Positions 27,634-37,633 of a stretch of DNA of 61,627 nt are shown here, piece after piece. Location: IMG/VR virus record IMGVR_UViG_3300037963_004084, positions 1-61,627 of that record; one strand, 5' to 3'. The stretch's first letter is position 1. The number at the start of each line of letters is the position of its first letter. The notes under the pieces were generated by a model. It ran no database searches. It was not told the origin of the DNA and was given only the letters and a program-made list of their open reading frames with translations. A program made the position numbers and the translations under genes. The DNA is from a virus. Lineage: Duplodnaviria > Caudoviricetes.

Positions 27634-28438
27634 GGGCCGTATTATATTCCCGCTCCATTATCGTAATAAACCACGGAACGTCACTAGAAATAAGCTGGGT
27701 GACCTCCTCGTCTTCGTTAACAGTTCCTAGCTTAACCTTGTATATACCTGCGTTTCCCCCCTCGGGAGTTCCGGTCCCATCATGCCCCCCGTTCATGGGG
27801 TAGACCGCCGCATCAGAAGTTCTCCTCTTTGTAGACCAATCTCCCGCTGGGTAATGGGAAGGAGGTGGGTCGGGAAAGACCGAAGAGCCGGTTTCGGGCA
27901 TACCGCCACCCGTCTTGATTCTCCCTATATTTCCAACGCTTATGGGGGAGGCGGGGTCTTCTACTTGGACCCAGCATTTTGTAATCTCGCTTTTGTCTTC
28001 GTTATTAGGATCATAGGCGTCGATCTCACCCCCTACCTCTTTCGCGGAGTGTTCTAAATTAACTTTCCAAACCAAATATACATCTCCATACGCGCCTAAT
28101 TCGTGGTATTTTGTTTCGTTGATACCCGCGTCCATCGCCTCCCCATTTTCAGTCTTGAGTTTGGGGATGCGGGAATTTGTCACCGTTATAGACTCTTGGG
28201 ACGAAAAAGAGATGTAGTCGGTTGAGCCTTCCCAAACTAAAGAAAAACAATCAATCCTCCAAAGCAACTGCCCGAAAGCAACCTTCGCCCCACCCTCGCC
28301 ATGCATCAATGCGAAGGCGTGAGGTCTATGTAGAAGTTCTTCTTCTTCCGGTAAAGCAGCTTTCGCGGAAACGTCGCCGTTTCCGTGGTTTGTATCGGGG
28401 AAATTTACATCCCCCGCTCGCTGTAATTCTACGGGCAT
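27623..28438 (-). CDS. Probable tail protein
   Basis: 271 aa, beta-rich, inside the structural operon. Confidence 0.5.
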   Translation of the reverse strand: MPVELQRAGDVNFPDTNHGNGDVSAKAALPEEEELLHRPHAFALMHGEGGAKVAFGQLLWRIDCFSLVWEGSTDYISFSSQESITVTNSRIPKLKTENGEAMDAGINETKYHELGAYGDVYLVWKVNLEHSAKEVGGEIDAYDPNNEDKSEITKCWVQVEDPASPISVGNIGRIKTGGGMPETGSSVFPDPPPSHYPAGDWSTKRRTSDAAVYPMNGGHDGTGTPEGGNAGIYKVKLGTVNEDEEVTQLISSDVPWFITIMEREYNTARVF

Positions 28439-28442
28439 ACAA

Positions 28443-29720
28443 TTAAGGAATCGTTCCAGTTACGGTCTCAACCAAAAACCCTCCCCGAAACTGACGAGAG
28501 GATGCAGCTACTTTTACCGTTGAACCCGACGCAGGTTGCGCGGTGGGGGTGCTACCCTGCTCAAAGAAATTTACCGCATAGGCTCCCGGCTTATACGTGG
28601 GGTGTCCTGTTCCTACAGTATCAATCAAAGTAAACGGTTTGGTAAGGACGTTTGAATAACTAAGACTAAACTGCGCCCCGGAATAACTACCACTCCTAGG
28701 CTTGTAAGTATCCGGCAAAGCCGCTGATACAACAGAATTTGCAGCCCCGGCCGTCTCGTACCACTGTCTAGTTACAGACATCGAAATAGGTCCTGAAAAA
28801 GAATCTTTCTCTAATGCAGTAACGGAATTGTCTGTTGACCCATCTTTACGAGCTATTGATGTAAACCTAAAGCCTATTAGCTCCGCAGGGTATGAATAAT
28901 TTTGTGCTGTCGTATAAGACACCCCATTTAAAAGATTTGATCCCACAATCTGCTGCTCGGTTATTTTCCACCAGTCCGTGGACAAACGCTCAACTTCGTA
29001 ATTATAAACCCCGTCATTGGTTGTGCCGGTGAGGTCGAAAACTTTTATGCCCCAATTATCTCTGGTCGCGGAAGAATCCGCAGCCCATGTTATGTCCCCC
29101 GCTTTGGTGGGCACGTTTGTTTTTCCAACATAGGCGAGAACCTCTGTAGTCTTGAGCTCGTCGTTAAACTCAAGGTCAGTGCTGAAAGTAACTTTGTCCT
29201 CGTATCTTATGTAGATTCTCTGCTCAACCACGAACAAACCATCTAAGGTTTCATCTCCAATCCGTTTTTGTTGCCGCCCCATCAATATATACGAACCAGA
29301 AAAGAACGTGGTGTCGTCAGTTCGTAACGCCGTATTGGGCATAGCGTCCCCCGCTTCATGGGTCGCGGCATCGTCGTCGAAATCCTCGCGCTTTATGACG
29401 TATGTGCGGACAACGGTATCGTATTCGTTACCCCCTAAATCCGCTTGGCTAAACTCAAAGTTGTAGTCGTCCTGAGAGTCCCTATCCGCCGCATAGTAAT
29501 ATAGATAAAACAACCCATTATCATCGGCCTGCTTTACATGGCAGAGTTTATGATTTGGGAAGTTGGTTACGTCGGGATGGGCAGTACCATAAGTGGGGGG
29601 AGTTTTGCCCACTCTCTGGGCGTCTACCGTCTCGAAGAACAGCAGGTCGGCTACCTTCGGGGAAACGAAGGAGAGGACGGACTGCCTCTGGGGGCTGGGC
29701 TGGTTCCTAGATACAGGCAC
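28443..29720 (-). CDS. Probable tail structural protein
   Basis: 425 aa, Thr/Ser/aromatic beta-rich; YGTAHPD..FPNHKL N-terminus; structural context. Confidence 0.55.
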   Translation of the reverse strand: MPVSRNQPSPQRQSVLSFVSPKVADLLFFETVDAQRVGKTPPTYGTAHPDVTNFPNHKLCHVKQADDNGLFYLYYYAADRDSQDDYNFEFSQADLGGNEYDTVVRTYVIKREDFDDDAATHEAGDAMPNTALRTDDTTFFSGSYILMGRQQKRIGDETLDGLFVVEQRIYIRYEDKVTFSTDLEFNDELKTTEVLAYVGKTNVPTKAGDITWAADSSATRDNWGIKVFDLTGTTNDGVYNYEVERLSTDWWKITEQQIVGSNLLNGVSYTTAQNYSYPAELIGFRFTSIARKDGSTDNSVTALEKDSFSGPISMSVTRQWYETAGAANSVVSAALPDTYKPRSGSYSGAQFSLSYSNVLTKPFTLIDTVGTGHPTYKPGAYAVNFFEQGSTPTAQPASGSTVKVAASSRQFRGGFLVETVTGTIP

Positions 29721-29733
29721 CTGTCGAGTATAT

Positions 29734-30420
29734 TCAAACGAAGCTGGATTTCAAGTGGTTAACCTTGATCCGGGGGACTACTTGTGGGCGTATCCCAGTG
29801 GCCTTGTAGCAGTTTTGGCAAAAGCTGATATCCTCAAAAATAAGGTCTTTTGCGCTGAACTCCCCGTGCTTGTGCCGGTATGAGGTCTCACCAATATCAA
29901 AGCTATTCAGAGTGAAATACGGGTAGTCCATCTGCTCATATACAGAACGGTGAACTTTGGTGAACCCAAAACCACACCAATCCACAGGCAGAACCTTATT
30001 GGGGTCGGTGTTGGCTAATTTAGTAAGCCCCTTAGCGGACAGAAAAGGCATGTGGTGATGTCTGCGGAAATAATCCTCGTTCCAATCACCAACCATAGCG
30101 AAATCATTATCTGAGGCCCGATACCAACCTGTGACAAACTTCTTTTCGGGATCAATGTTAAGTAGATCCTCTACTTGCCTAATCGTGAATTGTATATCCG
30201 AGTCGATCCAGAATAACCACTCCGCTTCCGGTGGCGTAGGTTCCGCGAAGCCACCACCGCCAGAAGCAAGATGGTTACGGGCAAAATTAAGGAACATCCC
30301 ATCAACCGACAGGATCGCAGAGTCGTTCGCATCACACCACTGCTGCAATCGCAGCCATTGATGGAACAACTTGCCCTGAATCCCGCGATGATCTATCGGG
30401 GTCAGGAAGACGCACCTCAT
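29734..30420 (-). CDS. GT-A fold glycosyltransferase
   Basis: ARNHL, WLFWIDSDI (DxD), WCGFGFTKVHRSVYE, FEDISFC, VNHLK. Confidence 0.8.
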   Translation of the reverse strand: MRCVFLTPIDHRGIQGKLFHQWLRLQQWCDANDSAILSVDGMFLNFARNHLASGGGGFAEPTPPEAEWLFWIDSDIQFTIRQVEDLLNIDPEKKFVTGWYRASDNDFAMVGDWNEDYFRRHHHMPFLSAKGLTKLANTDPNKVLPVDWCGFGFTKVHRSVYEQMDYPYFTLNSFDIGETSYRHKHGEFSAKDLIFEDISFCQNCYKATGIRPQVVPRIKVNHLKSSFV

Positions 30421-30605
30421 TCCGCATATTCTGTTTCTTGCTCTTCGGAATCCCCACCCTCTTCCGGTTGTGGTTCGTCGACAGCAAACTTAGCGGCCAG
30501 ATGCGCTGCTGCGCCTGCTACATTAAGTCCACCAGATTTAACTGCGATATCAATGAGCTGCACCAACGCGCGGCGTTCGTTGTCGGATACTTCGATGTTA
30601 GCCAT
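30417..30605 (-). CDS. Small protein, possible fibre assembly factor
   Basis: 62 aa, ALVQLIDIAVKSGGL; has its own promoter-like element. Confidence 0.6.
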   Translation of the reverse strand: MANIEVSDNERRALVQLIDIAVKSGGLNVAGAAAHLAAKFAVDEPQPEEGGDSEEQETEYAE

Positions 30606-30614
30606 ACGCGAGGC

Positions 30615-30643
30615 AACGTAAGGGGTGGGGTGTTCAGATTCAA
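30615..30643 (-). promoter_or_regulatory. Sigma70-like promoter
   Basis: TTGAAT-N17-TACGTT, ATG 9 nt downstream. Confidence 0.5.
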
Positions 30644-30927
30644 CTATTTTCTTCTAAATCGGACGCGTATTCAACAGGCTGGTGGGTCTGCCGCCACTGC
30701 TGAAAGGAGTCTTCGTTCTCTAACTCGTCGGTCTCAGTGCTGGTGAGTAGTGTGCCCCCATCATGGATGATAAGATAGGAACCCCCGTCGTCGCTTTCAG
30801 CGACCTCCCAAGAATACATGAACTCGGTTGCATCTTCTGGTTTCTTTGGTCGCCCTAAATGGCTTCTCCAAAGCTCTCTGCTCCGCTGTTCGGCACCCCC
30901 AGAACTTTCAAATTTTAAATAGCGCAT
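30640..30927 (-). CDS. Hypothetical protein (tail module)
   Basis: 95 aa, coupled to the upstream lectin-like gene. Confidence 0.6.
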   Translation of the reverse strand: MRYLKFESSGGAEQRSRELWRSHLGRPKKPEDATEFMYSWEVAESDDGGSYLIIHDGGTLLTSTETDELENEDSFQQWRQTHQPVEYASDLEENS

Positions 30928-31895
30928 TACAAATCAGCTTCGTTATAGATTGCCATGTTTCTTTCTAGAGAAACTTGCAGTGCGGCGGAAAGTTGGCTTT
31001 CCCAAACAATAACCTCTCTAATAGTTCCATCAAAGGGGCTATTAGTTGCTTTCCTTATGCCAATCCTGAACCTGTCGGATGCGCCAATGTGTTTATCCTC
31101 GTCCGTGTCCTTGGTGCTTTGAGTCCCGTTGATTCTAATTATTTGTGAATTACCATCCCCACCTTGACCACTCGCTCTGGTGCGGTCATATGATGCAAGA
31201 ACCACAATCCTGTCTTCTGGGTCAGAGGACACAGAACCGCTGGTGTCTAAGTCGTGGGAGTCTACAGAAAATCTAAACCCATCAGGTTCTAAAAAGATCA
31301 ACTCTACACCATCGTTGAAATTATCTACATTGCTAACCATCCCCATATGGTTGTCGAAGTTCTGGAACTCCCCTGCCCACGCAAAGGTAAAAGCGTCACC
31401 GGTATTAGCGTTTGGTAGCCTGTAATCATCTACTATTAAAAAATCCCCATGTGTGCTGAAGCCTCCAGAGGTCTCAAATTTTAAAGCGAGCTTCGTTTTG
31501 GTGCCGGATACAACTAAAACAGGCTGTTTGCTAGATGTGCTTTGAACAGCATCTGGGTCGGTGTCAAACCCCGTCCAAGAACCCCCACCTGCCTGTGTGC
31601 TGCTATTGCCGCTCTGGTTATACCACTTGGAAACTGTAACATTACCTCCTCCTGCGAAGGCTCTAAGAGTTGTGCCCCCGCTTGTAAGGCTTTCGTTAGT
31701 TACTTCTTTGCCGTTAGTGAATCCAACATCGACTTCATTTCCACTTGAGTCCCTAGCTCTCAGCGCGTAGCCGGTGTAGCCTGCGCGTAGTTTTCTTAAA
31801 CCAAACGCAAGCCGCGCTTGGGGCATACCGCTTATGTCCAGAGGAGGGGTGACATTTTTTTGAGATAGCCCCCCGAGTGATGGCCTGATTATCAT
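30927..31895 (-). CDS. LamG/concanavalin-A-like virion protein
   Basis: AFGLRKLRAGYTGYALRAR...VSKWYNQSGN...AVQ...QP...FDGTIREVIVW. Confidence 0.7.
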   Translation of the reverse strand: MIIRPSLGGLSQKNVTPPLDISGMPQARLAFGLRKLRAGYTGYALRARDSSGNEVDVGFTNGKEVTNESLTSGGTTLRAFAGGGNVTVSKWYNQSGNSSTQAGGGSWTGFDTDPDAVQSTSSKQPVLVVSGTKTKLALKFETSGGFSTHGDFLIVDDYRLPNANTGDAFTFAWAGEFQNFDNHMGMVSNVDNFNDGVELIFLEPDGFRFSVDSHDLDTSGSVSSDPEDRIVVLASYDRTRASGQGGDGNSQIIRINGTQSTKDTDEDKHIGASDRFRIGIRKATNSPFDGTIREVIVWESQLSAALQVSLERNMAIYNEADL

Positions 31896-34800
31896 AGCAG
31901 GTTGCCAAATACAGCGTAGGTGTTGGCTGCGATACGTATGATCGTGGCGGGCTGGTAACCTTGAGCAAGTGTAACTGTCCCGTTGGTTGTGCCATTGATT
32001 ACCATGCTATTAGAAGCCGTGATATCAAGATCGGCATTAGGGTTCATTACGGTAACATTAAACCCTGCTCCGAGATCCCCCGTAATTGAAAGGTCATCAA
32101 AGTTAGCGTGAGTCCCGCTGATAAATGTTCCATTATCTGCGGCGACCAGAGTATAATCCGCAGTTTTTTCTGACACGCTAACCCCACCTTTAATCTCCCC
32201 ACTAACGGTTAGCGGCTTAGAGAAGACAACCTCCTCCGCACTACCGTCGAGGGTTATGTAGGGCGTAACCCCACCGCTACCGTCATCCGTCTGGAAGATG
32301 ATGTCCTTGTCGTCAGTGAAATTGGTAACATATATGTGGCCCGTGCTGTTCTCTATCTTAGAATCAAGAGCGTCGTGGAAGATCTGGAAGTCATCGCTAC
32401 TCCCAAGTGCCAGCCGTTTATTGTCAGGGAACTGAGTGTATCCGGTGCTCCCGTCTAGGAAGAAGTAAGTCTCTACGCCACCGCTGCCATCGTCACACCG
32501 GAAAATCATGTCCCCGTCGTCGGTGTTATTGGTGAACTGAAGATCCCCCGTGTAATTCGCAAACGTCGTGTTGGTCCCGTTATGGGCCATAATGAAGTCG
32601 CCCGTGCCATTGCTACCCAGTCCGATGTAGCTGCTGTCTGGGAAGATTGTGAACAGGTTTCCAGAACCGGCTGCTGACCCGTCTAAACGGAAGTATTCAG
32701 CCGTGCCACCGCTGCCGTCGTCCGTTTTAAAGATTATGTCTTCATCATTAGCGTAATTAACGATTTCTATGTCTCCAGTATAGTTCCCTAAGTTCGTGTT
32801 AGAACCATTATGGTTGAGGATAAAATCCCTACCGCTACCAAAAGCTAACAGAGAGTTATCGGGGAAGACCGTGAAAGGGTTCCCGCTAGAAGCGGAACCA
32901 TCTAAAAAGAAGTAAGTCTCAACCCCACCGCTGCCATCGTCACATTTGAATATTAAGTCTTTATCGTTCGTGTGCTGGGTGATGATAAAATCACCACCAT
33001 TGTTCTGGATAATGCTATCGGTCCCGTCGTGCCTTATAAGCAAGTCTTGCGAGTCACCAAACGCTAATTGAGACAGGTCGGGAAATTGTGTCAACGGATT
33101 CCCGCTAGAAGCGGAGCCGTCTAAGAAAAAGTAGGTCTCAAGGCCACCACTACCGTCGTCGCACCGGAAAAGGATGTCCTTGTCGTCGGCGTAGTTTTCG
33201 ATGTGCAAATCCCCCACAAAGTTTTGCACGTAACTGTTTGTCGCGTTATGCCAAATTAACAGATCCTTACTGTCCCCGATAGCAAGGATTGAGTTGTCTG
33301 GGAATATTGTGTAAGGGTTGGACCCTCCGTTAGCGGACCCGTCTAGGAAGAAGTAAGTCTCAGTTCCGCCACTGCCGTCGTCGGATTGGAAGATGATATC
33401 TTTGTCGTCCCCCTCATTTGAAATAGTAAGGTCACCAACTTTGTTCGTTATAAAGCTGTTGGTGGCGTTGTGGTATATCTCAAGATCATCGCCGTCCCCG
33501 CAGAAAAACTTGTGCCCATCCAAGACGCGCACGTCCCCGTCCACATCAAGAGTCTTTGCTGGTGCCGTAGTGCCGATGCCGACGCGGCCCGAGGTATCGA
33601 TCCGCATTGCCTCGCCATTGTTAGAATAGAATGTCGGAAAATAGCTTGAGCTGTTGTAGTGGCGAAATTCCCCGCTGCTCTGGTTGAGTTTGGCGGAGCT
33701 TACTACGGTGCCGTCATAGGTGGCAAATTCTATTCCGTTGAATACACTTCCCGCAACTGACTGTTGAATCCTTATGTTGTTTTCGTCGCCTTTTAGATGA
33801 ATGCCTGCGGCTGGACTCGTCGTCCCGATCCCGACGTTTCCGCTGGAATCAATCCGCAGTCTCTCAGTGTTATTTGTTGCGAATCGTGTGGCGGTATTTT
33901 CGTAGTTCCATATCGTCGCCAAACCTCCGCTATTGATACCAAATAGCAAGCCAGTGCTACCACCCACTCCAGTGGAGTCGTTGGTTAAGTTAAGATATAC
34001 TGCGCCGGAATCGTGAACTGTGAGCCGTCGTGCCGGTGACGCAGTTCCGACGCCGACGTTGCCGGAGGAGTCGATAGCGAGCATCTCCGCACTCCCCGGA
34101 TTTGATCCAGTGTTAATCTTGAACTTATCGCCGTCGCCATTGTCGATTCCCGCCGACCATGATTGACCCGAAACCTGAAATTTCAGAGAGGCGTCTCCAC
34201 CCCCCGCAGATTCAATCTCCATCTTGGCCGCTGACGCTCCGTAAAGGTGAAGCTGTTCCTGTGGCGTGGCGGTCCCGATGCCGACGTTGCCGCTGGGTAT
34301 AACGGTCATGGCTTCCGTAGAACCGTCTACTCTAAATTTCAGATCCCCAGTGGACGACCTGTTGATAAGGTAAAAGTCGTCGCCCGACATCGCTACATCC
34401 GTATTGTAGCTAGCATCTGAAGAATCGGATAAACGAACATTTGCCTGTGTCGCGTGGGATATTTGCAACCCTCCTCCTGACGTAAAGCTGGGGGCTGAAG
34501 TTCCGATACCAACGTCTCCGTCAGAAGAAATTTCCCCTGTAACGCTAAGGTTTCCAGATTCATCAACAGAAGCAACAGTAGTAGCGGAAGCTGCGCTACT
34601 AGTGTGGGTTTTAAAATTAACAGCTTTACCTCCCGCACTCCCTAGCGTGACAAGATTTATTTGGCCACTGTTGTCACTAACAACAAGTTCAAGGTTTGCA
34701 TCTGTTCTCCTCTGGAGACCTGAACTACCCGTCCCAAGTTTAATCTGGTGAGACCCATCTATAGATAGGTCGCCATCAATGTCCACATTGCCCACAATGT

Positions 34801-36316
34801 TTCCACCAGACAACGCAAGGAACCGCGAATCTAAGTTTACCGAACCGATGCCTGTAACGTGGCCATAAGTGTCAACCGTGAGATCTTGAATTACGATCCC
34901 ATCACTAAGGTCAGCGGAACTCACAGACGAAGTATCGTTATGTGCGAAATCTAAAGTGTTATCACTGTCATCATACGTGACGGTAATACCAGACTCAGTA
35001 TTACCACTCACCATCGCACCAACCGTATCTGCGATGGTTTCGGATAGTGTGACTCCATCGACAGTAATCGCGTCCGCTTCTAGTGTGCCGTCGATATCAG
35101 CGTCTCCTGATATGTCGAGAGATGTGGCTTCTACCTCCCCAAAAATTACTTTACCGGCGGACCCACTAAATACTTCACTACTATTACTAGCATCGGGGAT
35201 GAACGTAAAGGCCGACGCGCTGTCATCGTAACCAAAAAACCCTACTTTGGCGGAAGACCCCGTGTGATAACGAAACTCGATCCCCCGATCTTTGTTGTCA
35301 TCAACACCGGGTGCCGTGTCTCCACCCAGTGTGAATATAGGATCGTCTACGGTAACGGTCGTGCTATTTACGGTGACAGTAGAACCGTTAACCACAAGAT
35401 TACCCCCGACTGAAACATCTCCAGTAGACGTTACCGAATCTACGTAAGCGTCTTTCCAACGAACACTTGAAGACCCCAAATCTACATCACTGTCGGACTG
35501 AGGGCCAAAAATGTTATCTGCAAGATACACTTGCTCTACATTAGCGGCGTAAAAGTGAATCTCGTCCGCAGTTTCAAAGTCGATCTTTGTCTCGTCGTCT
35601 TCCCCAATTTTAATATCGGTAGCTAGTAAGGAAGTGATTCCTGTCTGAGCAGCGTCGATAGCAAAGTCGATATTGTCATTAGAAGTGTCGTAAGTAACTG
35701 TAATGCCCGACTCGGTATTACCCGAAAGCATGTTAGTTCCTACAGTGTCTCTAACGAAAGTTGCGAGAGCCACCCCCTCGACAGTAATCGCATCTGCTTC
35801 TAGTGTGCCATCTACGTCTACATCGCCTGAGATATCGAGGGAAGTAGCTTCTATCTCTCCACTTGCCTTAAAGAATATGCTCTCTGTTCCCGCGACTTCA
35901 AAACTTATTTGGTTATCGACTGCAAAGTTTATAAAGTCATCACTGTCTCTCCCGACTGTCAGGCCCGTATTAAGAATAGAGGTAATACTTGTTTGTGAGG
36001 CGGCTAGCTCAAAATCTAAAGTGTTGTCGCTGTCGTCATAAGACACTGCAATACCTGTTTCGGTATTGCTACCCACCATCGCGCCAACCGTATCTGCGAT
36101 GGTTTCGGATAGTGTGACCCCATTGATGGTTAGCGCATCGGTCTCAAGAGTGCCGTCTACATCTACGTTGTTTGTTACGTTGAGGTCCCCCGTAACAGTT
36201 CCACCAGAAGTGAGGCTGGGTAAAGACGCGCTTGAAACAGTTACAGAATCTACATCTTGAGTGGCGGTAACAGTCGCGTTAACCGACTGTGTTACTGTTA
36301 CGGATTCATTAGCCAT
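31892..36316 (-). CDS. Long tail fibre / adhesin (1,474 aa)
   Basis: Three DGTLE.DAIT..GV.L..NTE.GI.V.YD repeats, five G.VG[IV]GT repeats, six ~60-aa DDGSGG..YF.LDGS repeats, and a C-terminal KTADYTLVAADNG domain. Confidence 0.85.
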   Translation of the reverse strand: MANESVTVTQSVNATVTATQDVDSVTVSSASLPSLTSGGTVTGDLNVTNNVDVDGTLETDALTINGVTLSETIADTVGAMVGSNTETGIAVSYDDSDNTLDFELAASQTSITSILNTGLTVGRDSDDFINFAVDNQISFEVAGTESIFFKASGEIEATSLDISGDVDVDGTLEADAITVEGVALATFVRDTVGTNMLSGNTESGITVTYDTSNDNIDFAIDAAQTGITSLLATDIKIGEDDETKIDFETADEIHFYAANVEQVYLADNIFGPQSDSDVDLGSSSVRWKDAYVDSVTSTGDVSVGGNLVVNGSTVTVNSTTVTVDDPIFTLGGDTAPGVDDNKDRGIEFRYHTGSSAKVGFFGYDDSASAFTFIPDASNSSEVFSGSAGKVIFGEVEATSLDISGDADIDGTLEADAITVDGVTLSETIADTVGAMVSGNTESGITVTYDDSDNTLDFAHNDTSSVSSADLSDGIVIQDLTVDTYGHVTGIGSVNLDSRFLALSGGNIVGNVDIDGDLSIDGSHQIKLGTGSSGLQRRTDANLELVVSDNSGQINLVTLGSAGGKAVNFKTHTSSAASATTVASVDESGNLSVTGEISSDGDVGIGTSAPSFTSGGGLQISHATQANVRLSDSSDASYNTDVAMSGDDFYLINRSSTGDLKFRVDGSTEAMTVIPSGNVGIGTATPQEQLHLYGASAAKMEIESAGGGDASLKFQVSGQSWSAGIDNGDGDKFKINTGSNPGSAEMLAIDSSGNVGVGTASPARRLTVHDSGAVYLNLTNDSTGVGGSTGLLFGINSGGLATIWNYENTATRFATNNTERLRIDSSGNVGIGTTSPAAGIHLKGDENNIRIQQSVAGSVFNGIEFATYDGTVVSSAKLNQSSGEFRHYNSSSYFPTFYSNNGEAMRIDTSGRVGIGTTAPAKTLDVDGDVRVLDGHKFFCGDGDDLEIYHNATNSFITNKVGDLTISNEGDDKDIIFQSDDGSGGTETYFFLDGSANGGSNPYTIFPDNSILAIGDSKDLLIWHNATNSYVQNFVGDLHIENYADDKDILFRCDDGSGGLETYFFLDGSASSGNPLTQFPDLSQLAFGDSQDLLIRHDGTDSIIQNNGGDFIITQHTNDKDLIFKCDDGSGGVETYFFLDGSASSGNPFTVFPDNSLLAFGSGRDFILNHNGSNTNLGNYTGDIEIVNYANDEDIIFKTDDGSGGTAEYFRLDGSAAGSGNLFTIFPDSSYIGLGSNGTGDFIMAHNGTNTTFANYTGDLQFTNNTDDGDMIFRCDDGSGGVETYFFLDGSTGYTQFPDNKRLALGSSDDFQIFHDALDSKIENSTGHIYVTNFTDDKDIIFQTDDGSGGVTPYITLDGSAEEVVFSKPLTVSGEIKGGVSVSEKTADYTLVAADNGTFISGTHANFDDLSITGDLGAGFNVTVMNPNADLDITASNSMVINGTTNGTVTLAQGYQPATIIRIAANTYAVFGNLL

Positions 36317-36741
36317 TACTCCACAATTTCTTCAAGTAAGTCAAAAGACAGGCGGATATGATACAACACTTCCCCACTTGCGAACGTGGAATTATTTGAA
36401 ATCTTCAAATCGCCGTGCACAGTCACGGTCTCGTTAGGTAACTCTTTTGACTGAGCAGTGCTCCATGTGATATTTATGTTCGGGTCGGTAGCACTGGGGT
36501 TGCCCCCTAGAATAATCCGCCCCGAAGCTGATCCTGAAGCAATCGTGCCCGTGAGAGTGTCTATAATCTCGCCTTTAAAACTATCCCCTACTTTTTTTCG
36601 GATGACGAGTTGAGCTGAGTAGTTGCCTGTCCCACCCCCTCCATTCGATGTAACAAAGTTAAGAGCGTTAGTTTGGTCCGCCAACTTGAACGTAACGTCA
36701 ACCTGTTGCTGCTGCCCGCGCTGAAGTTGGATGTTAGCCAT
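36316..36741 (-). CDS. Probable fibre-attachment structural protein
   Basis: 141 aa, beta-rich, coupled to the fibre gene. Confidence 0.55.
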   Translation of the reverse strand: MANIQLQRGQQQQVDVTFKLADQTNALNFVTSNGGGGTGNYSAQLVIRKKVGDSFKGEIIDTLTGTIASGSASGRIILGGNPSATDPNINITWSTAQSKELPNETVTVHGDLKISNNSTFASGEVLYHIRLSFDLLEEIVE

Positions 36742-36747
36742 GGCTCT

Positions 36748-36777
36748 TTATACTCCTAATCCTAGTCCTAAACCCAT
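36748..36777 (-). CDS. Micro-ORF MGLGLGLGV (vestigial or peptide gene)
   Basis: ATG GGT TTA GGA CTA GGA TTA GGA GTA TAA almost exactly fills the gap between two structural genes. Confidence 0.4.
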   Translation of the reverse strand: MGLGLGLGV

Positions 36778-36781
36778 GGCG

Positions 36782-37096
36782 TTATGCTGCGTAATATGCG
36801 AGGACTGCCCCGCTGTGGAGTTTAAACTTAGAGATCTGCCCGTAAATAGTAACCCCTGCTGGGACTGTTTGTGGGTCCGTCGTTCCAGTATCTGTTTCAG
36901 CAGCGAGTTTTCTGTCAGCGTGTGCGGCAGACCCTGACTGGGCGATGTCAGTTAGTTCGTCCCACTCAAGGGTGTGAAATTGTGCGTCTGCGATGATGGT
37001 TATCGCACAAAAATCTCCTGATCTTTCTGCGGTCCCGTTTTCAAACTGCGCCCCCGCCTGACCGAAGGATTGTTTTTCAATGTTATTGGTTGCCAT
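36782..37096 (-). CDS. Small virion structural protein
   Basis: SFGQAGA...DFCAIT...VPAGVTIYG.....LHSGAVLAY, a pattern common in aquatic phage structural regions. Confidence 0.65.
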   Translation of the reverse strand: MATNNIEKQSFGQAGAQFENGTAERSGDFCAITIIADAQFHTLEWDELTDIAQSGSAAHADRKLAAETDTGTTDPQTVPAGVTIYGQISKFKLHSGAVLAYYAA

Positions 37097-37113
37097 GATT
37101 GTCGATTGTTAAA

Positions 37114-37515
37114 TTATGCGTCGATTTGCACCGCCATGTAGGAAAACAAAGCTGTCCCCCCGCTAGATACTATCTTAACATTTTCGAGGTTTGTTATAGT
37201 CAGAAGATTTATTTGCTGCGGTTTTAAGGATAACAAATACTGAGTGTTTGCCTCTAAAGATACTAGTAGGTCTGCGCCCCCAGCATCTGTTTCGTTCTTT
37301 AGAAGCAGCATGACTTTGCCGCCAGACATTTTTACGTCTCCTATAGTTCCGGCAGAGGAGGTCGACCCAGACAAAAATTCCGGCGTCAACCCCACACTCC
37401 CATCTCCCAACGAAAAATTGGTGGGGTTCGCGGCGGATGTTTGAGTATCGCTTAGGGCTAGGGCCACATCCCCTAAAGATAGCGATACTGCGTGAGTTAC
37501 GGATTTAGCGGCCAT
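37114..37515 (-). CDS. Small virion structural protein
   Basis: 133 aa, beta-rich, downstream of the capsid genes. Confidence 0.6.
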   Translation of the reverse strand: MAAKSVTHAVSLSLGDVALALSDTQTSAANPTNFSLGDGSVGLTPEFLSGSTSSAGTIGDVKMSGGKVMLLLKNETDAGGADLLVSLEANTQYLLSLKPQQINLLTITNLENVKIVSSGGTALFSYMAVQIDA

Positions 37516-37520
37516 GTCCT

Positions 37521-37549
37521 ACTCTAGTAAAAATGTAGGTGTTCTACAA
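37521..37549 (-). promoter_or_regulatory. Sigma70-like promoter, leaderless geometry
   Basis: TTGTAG-N17-TAGAGT, ATG 5 nt downstream. Confidence 0.5.
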
Positions 37550-37567
37550 GGCGGTAAGTTCCTCCTA

Positions 37568-37611
37568 TAGAAAATCCCGAACCCCGAAAGGTTCTTCAGG
37601 GCTCGGGATTT
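37568..37611 (-). terminator. Intrinsic terminator after the capsid genes
   Basis: Minus strand AAATCCCGAGCCCTGAA...TTCGGGGTTCGGGATTTTCT. Confidence 0.65.
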
Positions 37612-37633
37612 ATGGTTAGGGATTAGGGTGTGT

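Noticed and set aside
31892-36316. Diversity-generating retroelement target
   Set aside because: No reverse transcriptase and no adenine-specific TR/VR pair; the repeats are in-frame protein repeats.
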